Shown here: positions 9,517 to 17,731 of the stretch, in pieces
Layout of the letters: every line of letters starts with the position of its first letter
Numbering within the stretch: position 1 is the first letter of the stretch
Assembly: GCA_021806205.1 (NCBI GenBank)
Contig: JAJZXX010000254.1
Span: 7,120 to 71,119, forward strand
Direction: 5' to 3'
From: Bacillota bacterium
GTDB taxonomy: Bacteria; Bacillota; Sulfobacillia; Sulfobacillales; Sulfobacillaceae
DNA length: 64,000 bases
Made by a program: the position numbers and the translations under genes
Notes under the pieces: generated by a model
What the model saw: only the letters and a program-made list of their open reading frames with translations
The model's database searches: none
Told to the model about the DNA's origin: nothing

Positions 9517-10323
9517 GTGGCACAGCGCAAACAATTGATGGGTCGGTCTTATGTGGTGTATTACGGTAGGGGACCTTTGGCGGGGATTGAGTCGTACGAC
9601 GTGGCGGTGTTAGAGCCCCAAGGGTGGACAACGCCCCAATTGCGGGCGTTGCAAGCGAAAAGTGTGTCCTGCCTTGCGTATCTGAGTGCCTTGGAAGTCC
9701 CTGATTGGCGAGTCAGCCAGGCCGGCCTTACGGATGGGGACTTTTTACGTGTCGACGGGCAGCACTGGATTAAAGAGCCCTTCGGCAACCGATTAGCCCG
9801 GCCTGACGCCAAGCATTGGCGGGATGTCTTAAATCGCGAGGCGGATAGCTTGTATCGGGCCGGTTGGGATGGATTGTTCTTGGACACGTTGGGCGATGTG
9901 GAAGATCCGGTGCTGTTGGACAAGGCGCCCGGACTGGTGGCCCAAACCGCAGATTTGATGCGGGTTTTGTCCTTTGCCTTCCCGGATCGGCCCATTCTTG
10001 TGAATAACGGGCTATGGCGGATCGTGCCGTTGATTGCGGATTATATTTCCGGAGTGTGCTGGGAAGGGAATCTCACGCCGGAATTGTTGAAGGAACCCTG
10101 GGCACAGGCCATGATTGACTTTTTGGGACGTCATGCCCAAGAACGCGGTTGGGTGAATATGATGCTGACCCGCATCGATGGCACATCCATCGCGGCCACC
10201 AAATCATTGGTGCGATTCATGGAGGAGGCCGACCGCTACGGATTTTTGTCCTATGCTGCGCCAGGCAATTACGCAGAGGCTATTCGATTGCGCGACGGAC
10301 GGGTGGTCGGACCGCACGCCTAA
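9517..10323 (+). CDS. Endo-alpha-1,4-polygalactosaminidase, PelA hydrolase-like (GH114/GH166-like TIM barrel)
   Basis: VVYYG, YDVAVLEP, LAYLSALE, WDGLFLDTL, VNNG and GVCWE motifs typical of the PelA/GH114 hydrolase domain. No deacetylase domain and no obvious signal peptide. Confidence 0.8.
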   Translation: MAQRKQLMGRSYVVYYGRGPLAGIESYDVAVLEPQGWTTPQLRALQAKSVSCLAYLSALEVPDWRVSQAGLTDGDFLRVDGQHWIKEPFGNRLARPDAKHWRDVLNREADSLYRAGWDGLFLDTLGDVEDPVLLDKAPGLVAQTADLMRVLSFAFPDRPILVNNGLWRIVPLIADYISGVCWEGNLTPELLKEPWAQAMIDFLGRHAQERGWVNMMLTRIDGTSIAATKSLVRFMEEADRYGFLSYAAPGNYAEAIRLRDGRVVGPHA

Positions 10324-10368
10324 ATCCCTCCATAGAGTTGGTGATGGTTCAGAAGCCTGTTATGGTAT

Positions 10369-10400
10369 GACCAGTATTATAAGGAGACCAGTATTAAGGA
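10369..10400. repeat. Tandem direct repeat GACCAGTATTATAAGGA / GACCAGTATTAAGGA upstream of the GT2 gene
   Basis: Read directly: 10369-10385 and 10386-10400. Confidence 0.7.
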
Positions 10401-10420
10401 AAATAAAGTCGTGATCGACA

Positions 10421-11269
10421 ATGCGAGAGGGTCTCGTGAAAGCGCGAATTATATTGGTGTTGCCGATTTACAATGAATCCAGTACGGTGGGTGAGGTGTT
10501 AAGGGAGGCCTCCCCCTACTGCGACTTAATGTTGGCGATTGACGACGGCTCGAGCGATCACACCCATGCGATTTTAGAGCAATACCGCCGTGAACACCCC
10601 CACCTTACCATAGCGAGTCATTCCTATAACCGCGGTATGTCCGAGGCCATATTGACAGCGTTTTTAATTATTGACGACGCATTGCGGGAAGGGATGCTAT
10701 CTCTTGAGGACGTGGTCGTGCTCATGGATTCTGATGGGCAGCACGATCCCAAAGATATTCCCCGACTGCTGGCGGGAATACAAACCGGTCAGTCCGATCT
10801 GGTGGTCGGCCGCCGCGGTTTTGAGCAGTACCCGTGGATTAAGCGGCTGGGAAATTGGGGATTGTCCTGGTGGGCGAGTGTCTGGAGCGAAAAGACCTAT
10901 CACGACGCCGAGTGTGGATTTCGTGCGCTGCATATGGCCTTTTTAGTGGATCTTTTGCCCTACTTTAACCCTACCCAATATGGTTGGGCCCAAGAGATGG
11001 ACGTGATTGCCGGTCTTCGCGGGTGGCGAATTCAAAGCGATGTCGCCATCCGCATTCGCCGATATCGAAAGGGTGCGCGCCCCATACACGGATTGAATAA
11101 TGCCCGATCGGCTCTGGCAGCCAGATGCCGCGTGTTGCGGCACGACCGGATCGTACGGCCCCCCGGTGCCCTCAACGCCTTGGACCGAGGCAACCAAGCT
11201 TTTGGTCTTGACATCGTCGATGGGGAAACTTCGGCGGGGGTGAACCAGGAGCCTATTTCGCCAGGGTAA
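10421..11269 (+). CDS. GT2 glycosyltransferase, DPM1/polyprenol-phosphate sugar synthase-like
   Basis: LPIYNE, IDDGSSD, NRG, MDSDGQHDP, VVGRR and DAECGFR motifs. Alternative GTG start at 10436. Confidence 0.88.
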   Translation: MREGLVKARIILVLPIYNESSTVGEVLREASPYCDLMLAIDDGSSDHTHAILEQYRREHPHLTIASHSYNRGMSEAILTAFLIIDDALREGMLSLEDVVVLMDSDGQHDPKDIPRLLAGIQTGQSDLVVGRRGFEQYPWIKRLGNWGLSWWASVWSEKTYHDAECGFRALHMAFLVDLLPYFNPTQYGWAQEMDVIAGLRGWRIQSDVAIRIRRYRKGARPIHGLNNARSALAARCRVLRHDRIVRPPGALNALDRGNQAFGLDIVDGETSAGVNQEPISPG

Positions 11270-11385
11270 GGCTCATGATGCTAATTAATTCGACTGTAAA
11301 ATGTTGAAGGTCCGCAAGTAGCTGTCGTATACTTAAGTGTGGGTTGGTACGCGGACGGCGGAATGGGGTCGAATAGGGGCTCTTC

Positions 11386-11664
11386 TTGCGGTTCAGATCG
11401 CTGTGGCGGTTCTGGCTGGAGGTGACTCTTTGGATCAGTCCAAGCGGCTTCCTGGGGGTCGCGCAACAAACCGTGCTGATGGCCGACAGGGGCGGGGGCA
11501 ATAAGGGGGGTATAGTGCGACCCACCCATGATCGCCGCAAGCGGCGTGCTGTGACGGAGTCCGCGCCGCCGATCTATGATGGACACATTGCCATGAGAAT
11601 GGCTTATATAAAAGCGGAATTCAACAAAATGCGGGGTCGCGCTTTATATTATGGAAGTCATTAA
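11386..11664 (+). pseudogene. Degenerate or internally deleted paralog of the exosortase substrate gene
   Basis: QQTVLMADRGGGNK-GGIVRPTHDRRKRRAVTE aligns with HQTVLMAGKNNGN[...]GGIAAVMYRRRKRQDPTE of 11712..11984, missing about 21 codons. No clear RBS. Confidence 0.55.
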
Positions 11665-11711
11665 GGGATGGTCTTATATTTCAGGGGATTTCTAGGAAAG
11701 GAGTGCGAGAC

Positions 11712-11984
11712 ATGAGTCGATTCAAGCGTTACCTGGCTCTTTGGACGGCTGGGGCGATCATGGTCGCGGGACTGGTGGCCGGCCTGGCCGGATCTGCAGC
11801 GGCCGCGTCGTTCGGCTTTACACACCAAACGGTGTTGATGGCCGGCAAAAACAACGGCAATGGAAAAGGCAAGCCGGGGGGGCCGACACCGCAAACCCCC
11901 TATGCCATATTGTTCCCGCTGGCTATTGGGGGTATAGCGGCGGTCATGTACCGTCGGCGTAAGCGGCAAGATCCAACGGAATGA
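11712..11984 (+). CDS. Small secreted protein with tripartite C-terminal sorting signal (probable exosortase substrate)
   Basis: RBS AAAGGAG 8 nt before ATG 11712. Sec signal peptide (MSRFKR-hydrophobic-SAAA), Gly/Asn/Lys-rich linker, PTPQTP motif, TM YAILFPLAIGGIAAVMY, basic tail RRRKR. The stop overlaps the exosortase start (ATGA). Confidence 0.82.
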   Translation: MSRFKRYLALWTAGAIMVAGLVAGLAGSAAAASFGFTHQTVLMAGKNNGNGKGKPGGPTPQTPYAILFPLAIGGIAAVMYRRRKRQDPTE

Positions 11985-12949
11985 CCGTTCGTTGGCCAAA
12001 GTGGACGGGGTACTTGTGGCTTTGTCTTCTGACCATTATTCCATTTCTCTTGGAGTCAGGCCGTCTGGTTGAGGACTCCTTGTCGGACGTTCCCGAGGCT
12101 TACCTAATCTGTATTCCCGTCATCGCATTGATTTGGACCGGAATGATGCTGGACCAAGGGGCGATATCTCAGATCCGCGTCATGACCGCGCCAATCCTCG
12201 TGATCGTCCTCGGAGTGGTCACCGGAATAATGGGGCGGATCTTTTGGGGCCAGGAGGTGGGAGCAGGCAGTACCCGCGCGTTGCTGTTTTGGCCGGTTTG
12301 GCTGGCTGTGGTGGTGTGGGCCCTTTATGGCAGCCAGGCTCTGACTGGGATTGTGAAGCCGGTGTTCTATCTTTTTTTGGGGTGGCCGCCTCTATTCGTG
12401 GCGCTGATTAATCGGGTTAATCCGTTTTTGGAACAGGCGGCGTTTTTTCTATTGCGCATATTTTCGCAGGGGGCCCGGTGGCTCAAGACTGTGCATCCGG
12501 GTCTTTATCTGGTCACGCATGCGGGCCGATCCCATCTCATCAGTGTGACGGCGGCCTGCAGCGGCTCGGACGGCCTATTGGCGTTGTTAGTCATTTTTCC
12601 CGTCGCGTTGTTCTTGTTTGAGAGCACGTTGCTTCAAAAGGTTCTCGTCATCGGAATCGGGTGCGTTTTAGCTTTTGTCGCGAACATTCTTCGGATTATC
12701 GCCATCATGGCGACGGTGCGCTATTTCGGCTGGTACTGGGGATTTAAAGTTGTCCACCCGCTATTGGGGCCGATACTGTTTGTGCTCTTGGTCGGCGCCT
12801 TATTGTCGTATCGGGGGTTCACCGTCAGAACCCGGGGTGGGGCGTCCCATCCCCATCTGGTGGCGTGGCGGCGCCTTCCCTGGATGATACCCGCGTCGAT
12901 CGGTTTAACTCTCGTGCTGTTTTTGTCATTTGCGCCGGCGGGCATTTGA
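11981..12949 (+). CDS. Exosortase/archaeosortase family transpeptidase
   Basis: Multi-TM protein with the Cys-Arg-His triad in family-typical contexts: VTAACSG, ANILRI, VVHP. Confidence 0.88.
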   Translation: MTVRWPKWTGYLWLCLLTIIPFLLESGRLVEDSLSDVPEAYLICIPVIALIWTGMMLDQGAISQIRVMTAPILVIVLGVVTGIMGRIFWGQEVGAGSTRALLFWPVWLAVVVWALYGSQALTGIVKPVFYLFLGWPPLFVALINRVNPFLEQAAFFLLRIFSQGARWLKTVHPGLYLVTHAGRSHLISVTAACSGSDGLLALLVIFPVALFLFESTLLQKVLVIGIGCVLAFVANILRIIAIMATVRYFGWYWGFKVVHPLLGPILFVLLVGALLSYRGFTVRTRGGASHPHLVAWRRLPWMIPASIGLTLVLFLSFAPAGI

Positions 12950-12967
12950 CCCAAGGGAGGAGAGGAC

Positions 12968-14929
12968 GTGTCCTATAGCATCCCTCTGATGCTCCTGACT
13001 TTAGGGCAGGTGGTCGGTGGGAGCCTTGTGGTTTTCCTGGCCATTCCGGCCCTGGTGTTGCCACGGTTTCCCATAGATTCTCGGGACGTCTGGGTGGTGC
13101 GTTTGGCCTTTATGGTATTGGGCCTCATGGTGCTCGGCTATTTTTTGGCATGGTTTCACCTGTTTAGTGGTGTGGCCCTCTTGGTTTTCATGGGGCTTAC
13201 GGCTTGGTTAGTGCACCGTCGTAAAGCCAGTCGCTTCGAATTGGGGAGTGGATCTCAGGCGAGTGCATCGTTTTATGATTGGCTAGCCGGCGCTTTTCGC
13301 AAACGAGGCGTTGCCAGACCTTTTCAGACGGACGGACGGGCGTTCGCGCGAGCTTGGCGGGCATCGCCCTTGAACGTTGTCTGGGCGGCGTTGGTGCTCG
13401 GGGTGCTGTTGGTCAGTGGGTGGATGCGATTTGATGCCAATTGGCATCATGCCGCCCTGTTTTTCTCGGATGCTTACGAAACCGTGGCCTGGGTTAAGGG
13501 CATTCAAGTGGGAACGCTGTTCCCCAATGGGCTCTATCCCATGGGCTATTACATTCTCATGGCGGTGTTAGATGCATTGACCCACGCCAATGTCATCGTG
13601 TTCATCAAGTTTTTTGGGGCGTTTGTCGGCACATTGTTGACGGGCTCGGTCATGTGGTCCACCTATCGCTTTTCCGGACGCATTGTGCCGGCCTTGGTGG
13701 CGGGCACTATTTACGGACTCTTGCCGCATCTCTTACCGTATGATGCGGTGCGCCAGCTTGCTGCCGAGGGCCAGGAACTGGGGAATATCATGGTGCTGCC
13801 GATCGCCTGGTTGGTGTTTTGGGCCTGGGTGACCAAAAAGTCGGGATATGTGCTTGGCTCGGCTGCGCTGTTGGCGGTGGTGGGATTAACTCATCCGGTG
13901 GCACTCCTGAATGCCGCGTTGGCTGCCGTCGCGGCAACCTTTGGGGCATGGATGGTGACGGGCATATCGGGCCCGATCTTTCGGATGTACACCGGAGCTA
14001 TTGGCGCGGCGGCCTTGATTTCCATTGCGCCCTTGGGGATCGGCTATCTGATGGGTCTAAGACTCATGAGCGGAGCGGCCACCTTTCTTAATGAAAACGC
14101 ATCGTCGATCCCGTCTGCGGGGTTGTCCGCCCTGCCGGCTATTCCGGTGATGGTATGGGTGTCCTTGGGCGCTATTGGTGCTCTTTTTATCGTCAAGCTA
14201 TTGTGGTATGACGACCTTTGGGAGATGGGGCTTCCCGCCACAGCGCTTTTGCTGTTGATCTTTTCGGAGGGCATTGTGCAACTGCCCCGCCTGGGGATTC
14301 ATTCGGCGGTATTCGCATCCCGGGGCGGAGAGTTTGTGGCCCTGGTGGAAACCTTCAGTATTGGTCTTGGAGTCGCGGCGATTCAGGAGACGGGGGAACG
14401 CTTGGGGATGAAGCGCACCCTGGCGGCTTTAAGCTCTTTAGCGGTTGCGACATTTTGTTTGGGATTCTTGTTAAAGCGGGTGCCGCCCAAACCATTTATG
14501 AGCTATAGCATGAATAGCGATGTCTTTGTGGCCGAGATGGTCCGAATTGATCAGGAGTATCCGCGACTATCCTGGTTGGCGGTTGCGAACGGTGCCTATG
14601 CCTTAGCTGTCAATCAAGGCTATCAGTATAACCCGGGTTTTTGGGTGCGCCATGTCAGTCCCCGATCGAGCTGGCCAAAATATCATGGCACCGGTCATAA
14701 GTCGTTTGCGGTCAGCCAAAGATATATTTTTCTTTTTGATCCGACGCATATTTCGCTGTCTTCGTCTGTGCCTTTTCGCTCGGCCTATCTCAGCCAAGAT
14801 CGTCAGCAGCAAAAGCTGTTAAGCGATTGGATTAGAGCCTGGACCGCGATTCATGGACCCATGCCGATCTTCTTTAAAAACCGACAGTTGACGGTATATC
14901 GACTCACGAATAGGAAAAACCCGCTGTAA
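12968..14929 (+). CDS. Polytopic membrane protein, putative GT-C glycosyltransferase
   Basis: Many TM helices; first external loop FFSDAYE..W..LFPNGLYPMGY with acidic residues as in GT-C enzymes; C-terminal soluble domain; RBS GGAGGAGAGG; 18 bp after the exosortase. Confidence 0.62.
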   Translation: MSYSIPLMLLTLGQVVGGSLVVFLAIPALVLPRFPIDSRDVWVVRLAFMVLGLMVLGYFLAWFHLFSGVALLVFMGLTAWLVHRRKASRFELGSGSQASASFYDWLAGAFRKRGVARPFQTDGRAFARAWRASPLNVVWAALVLGVLLVSGWMRFDANWHHAALFFSDAYETVAWVKGIQVGTLFPNGLYPMGYYILMAVLDALTHANVIVFIKFFGAFVGTLLTGSVMWSTYRFSGRIVPALVAGTIYGLLPHLLPYDAVRQLAAEGQELGNIMVLPIAWLVFWAWVTKKSGYVLGSAALLAVVGLTHPVALLNAALAAVAATFGAWMVTGISGPIFRMYTGAIGAAALISIAPLGIGYLMGLRLMSGAATFLNENASSIPSAGLSALPAIPVMVWVSLGAIGALFIVKLLWYDDLWEMGLPATALLLLIFSEGIVQLPRLGIHSAVFASRGGEFVALVETFSIGLGVAAIQETGERLGMKRTLAALSSLAVATFCLGFLLKRVPPKPFMSYSMNSDVFVAEMVRIDQEYPRLSWLAVANGAYALAVNQGYQYNPGFWVRHVSPRSSWPKYHGTGHKSFAVSQRYIFLFDPTHISLSSSVPFRSAYLSQDRQQQKLLSDWIRAWTAIHGPMPIFFKNRQLTVYRLTNRKNPL

Positions 14930-15112
14930 GGCGTGGGTTGACCCTCGAAGTGGCGCCGGTGGTCCTCACGTGTGGGGGGTCTTATGGCATGCAAGACAGT
15001 CCGGACGATTTTCCTGATCGGCGGTTCTTCTGGTTTTGTTCTGAAAGAGGATTTATGGGTGAGGAAGTCGAAAAAGGGTATTTTGTGAAATTGAGACCGG
15101 AGGAGGAGCGTC

Positions 15113-15820
15113 ATGGACCAACCCGATGGTGTGCTGGCCATGTCGCAGTTGTTGCCGCGCATTAAAGATGCTGTGGTATTGGAATACCGGCCGGAAAGCG
15201 CTGAAGGTCCGTTTCAACGCTATCGGAGCCGTGTGGTGGCGCGCGAGGGACGGTATGATTTTTTAGATGCTCCCCGGTCGTCGAGCGAGACGATTGTGAC
15301 CTTGCCTGGCGATCACCGCGCCTTCTTAGAGTGGGGATCGGGCAGTTATGTATACCGTTTTGCGATTCGAATCGAAGAAGTTCTCGAGCCGCTGCCTTCT
15401 CTGAAAATTTCGTACCAGTCTCAGCCGACTCGACGAAACCGCCGCCAGCAGTGGCGCGCTAAGGTTAATGTACCGGGCCGCTATCGCATCGATGAGGAAC
15501 CGGTTGACCTGCCTGAAGCCACCGGGCCCACGCGGCCTTGGATTCGTACCATGACCCGCGACGTATCGTATTCATCGGTCCGATTCTTTACGCCGGATAT
15601 TTTGACGCCTAAGACCCCTGTGACGGTGGAGTGGCACCTTGTTCGGGACCAGGTGTTCACGGGTACGATGGCGGTGATACATATGATGCGGGGTGAGTCG
15701 TACTATCGCGGTCTTCCAGGGCAGGATGTGGTGGCGCGGTGGAGCCCGCCTCTGATTGACGCACAGGCCCAGCAATGGCAGGGTTTTTGTGATAGCCATC
15801 GGTACGACTACCGAGATTGA
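15113..15820 (+). CDS. PilZ domain c-di-GMP effector (YcgR/flagellar-brake-like)
   Basis: RxxxR (NRRQQWR) and DxSxxG-like (RDVSYSS) motifs after an N-terminal beta-rich domain; RBS GGAGGAG. Confidence 0.8.
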   Translation: MDQPDGVLAMSQLLPRIKDAVVLEYRPESAEGPFQRYRSRVVAREGRYDFLDAPRSSSETIVTLPGDHRAFLEWGSGSYVYRFAIRIEEVLEPLPSLKISYQSQPTRRNRRQQWRAKVNVPGRYRIDEEPVDLPEATGPTRPWIRTMTRDVSYSSVRFFTPDILTPKTPVTVEWHLVRDQVFTGTMAVIHMMRGESYYRGLPGQDVVARWSPPLIDAQAQQWQGFCDSHRYDYRD

Positions 15821-15972
15821 CGTGGTCTTGGGCACCTGGGCGCGGTGTTGGGATGGAAATCTTTTAGGGGACGATTTGTCTTTGCGTCAGTTTGGCAAAG
15901 AGGTTCGATGGAGCATGCTTATGCATCCGGACAATTTCACCGGCCACGGCGAATGGGGCAAGGGGACAGGCG

Positions 15973-16374
15973 ATGAGCTATTACATCGTTTTTCTGAGCG
16001 ACAAAGCTCCCCAAGCATTGAGGGGGATCTTTCCGTTTATGAAGGATGGTGTGCAGTATTATTTTTTTTGTGAAGAGTATGCTTTTAAGATGAACCCGGA
16101 AACGATTACGGTTCCAGCCCGAGTACATCTCAGCGATGGTGGGGCTGTCCATTGGCAAGAAACTGACGTGGAAATTACCCTGACGTACGACCTCATTCAC
16201 TACTGGGTGCGCGTCGGCGCACCACCGTCTACACGCTTTCTTCCGATGGCCGCCGTAGCGCAGGGAATTAATACCGAAGAGGCTCAATTTCTGGGAGTGA
16301 TGGGCCGTGCACCGATTGAGAGTAGCGACAAGGCCAAACGGTTTTTTCAAGGCTCGACGGATTGGCGAGGATAA
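15973..16374 (+). CDS. Hypothetical protein
   Basis: ATG at 15973 after AGGGGACAGG; protein-like composition; no recognised motif. Confidence 0.55.
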   Translation: MSYYIVFLSDKAPQALRGIFPFMKDGVQYYFFCEEYAFKMNPETITVPARVHLSDGGAVHWQETDVEITLTYDLIHYWVRVGAPPSTRFLPMAAVAQGINTEEAQFLGVMGRAPIESSDKAKRFFQGSTDWRG

Positions 16375-16471
16375 CCGTTTAAAACCTGGCAATATCTCCA
16401 ACGGCGGGGATGAAACCGCCCTCGTCCTCGATGGGTCGAGAAGAGGGCCAGGGGTGACTAAGACGAGTCAT

Positions 16472-16615
16472 TCACGACATCCAAGGAATGCCGTTGCTGG
16501 CGGTGGTGCCTGAAGCAGCAGCTATCGTGGTGGTCATGGGCAGAGTGGCCACGATAATGGTGCCGCCCAGAACTAGCAATGTGAGTGCGGTGATTAAGGC
16601 GTGTCGGACTCGCAT
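16472..16615 (-). CDS. Small secreted peptide precursor (47 aa), Phr/PapR-like
   Basis: Perfect RBS GAGGAGGTGA. MRVRHALITALTLLVLGGTIIVATLPMTTTIAAASGTTASNGIPWMS reads as a signal peptide plus a short polar C-terminal peptide. Confidence 0.72.
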   Translation of the reverse strand: MRVRHALITALTLLVLGGTIIVATLPMTTTIAAASGTTASNGIPWMS

Positions 16616-16638
16616 CAATTTTGTCACCTCCTCAATTC

Positions 16639-16662
16639 GGAATGCGTTGTGGAATGCGTTGT
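16639..16662. repeat. Perfect 12-bp tandem repeat GGAATGCGTTGT x2 in the divergent peptide/TPR intergenic region
   Basis: 16639-16650 and 16651-16662. Confidence 0.8.
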
Positions 16663-16747
16663 AAGTAGTGAATATGAATGTCATAATACGGCAATAATGT
16701 GACAATTCCTGCTTTTTGCTTGGACATTTTTAGGAGGCTGTCAAGGA

Positions 16748-17731
16748 ATGCAATGGCGCCGATCATATCATGTGGCGGGAAAGCGTTCCCTGGCGAAATC
16801 AGGCCATTCGGAGCGTATTCTTCGTCGCTTTGCCCAAGGAAAGGCCGTTCAGGCGTATAGACAGGCGGTGGCGCTGGAACGCCACGCCATTCGCTACGGC
16901 GATCAAGTGCTGGCTCAGAATATGCGGTCATTTGTCATGGCGGCCGGCGCGGCTCGCGAAGATGGCGAGGGGATGTCCCTTTCTGGCCTGGAGGAATTCG
17001 GGCGGAGAGCCGCCGCCAGCGAAAAGTGGGCGGAGGCCATTATTTATGCGGCGCATATTTTAGAACGCTGCGGCACGCCGCGCCCCGTCCGGGTCCGGGC
17101 GCAGGTCAATTATGCGGGGGGGTTGCACACCTTGGGACGGCTTCAAGAGGCGCGAAGGGCCTATGACGCCGTTAGAGCAGATCCATGGTCGTGGAACAGT
17201 TTAGCCCCTAACTATCGCATGGCCTTATTAGTGAACCGTGAGATCGTCCAATGGCATTGCGGGGCGCCGGTGGATTGGGCCGTCCTGCAGGAGGCTACGA
17301 CCGAGTTTGTGGCGGCTCCAGTTACCTGGATGGGATACTGGTGGCTTTTCAGTCATGTGGCCTGGCGAACCCAGCGGTCGCGTCTTCAAAGTATTCGCCA
17401 CAGCAGCCTGAGGACTTATGAACAGGATTGGCCTTTGCATTACGACCGCGTATTGTGGGGGGTCGATTTACTGATTTGTTCCCTGGACTCTAGTGCCAAC
17501 ACGGACCATGCCGAGGATCGGGTGAGGTCGGCACTGGCGGATGAGGAGACCGTCAAAGTGATTGGCCGCAGTGCATGGTTCGACTTATATACCGATCTAC
17601 TGATATTTCTCGCGCGAAATCGTTCGAGTGAGGCGGAACAAGAGCGGGCTAAATTGCAAAAGTGGTGCCAAATGCAGGGATTTGACGGATGGGCGGCGCA
17701 CTGGCAGGAGTATACGCAAGGCGATGGTTAG
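16748..17731 (+). CDS. TPR-like alpha-helical repeat protein (possible RRNPP-type peptide receptor)
   Basis: TPR-like segments EKWAEAIIYAAHIL and AQVNYAGGLHTLGRLQEARRAYDAV; RBS AGGAGG; divergent from the peptide gene. Confidence 0.6.
   Translation: MQWRRSYHVAGKRSLAKSGHSERILRRFAQGKAVQAYRQAVALERHAIRYGDQVLAQNMRSFVMAAGAAREDGEGMSLSGLEEFGRRAAASEKWAEAIIYAAHILERCGTPRPVRVRAQVNYAGGLHTLGRLQEARRAYDAVRADPWSWNSLAPNYRMALLVNREIVQWHCGAPVDWAVLQEATTEFVAAPVTWMGYWWLFSHVAWRTQRSRLQSIRHSSLRTYEQDWPLHYDRVLWGVDLLICSLDSSANTDHAEDRVRSALADEETVKVIGRSAWFDLYTDLLIFLARNRSSEAEQERAKLQKWCQMQGFDGWAAHWQEYTQGDG

Noticed and set aside
9485-9535. GACGCAAAAG / GCGCAAAC motifs reminiscent of a c-di-GMP-I riboswitch
   Set aside because: The intergenic gap is only about 30 bp, and the motif order and flanking stems do not fit the aptamer.
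11712-11984. LPXTG sortase substrate interpretation of the PQTP tail
   Set aside because: No LPxTG/NPQTN motif with a following Gly/Asn and no sortase nearby, whereas an exosortase is translationally coupled to it.
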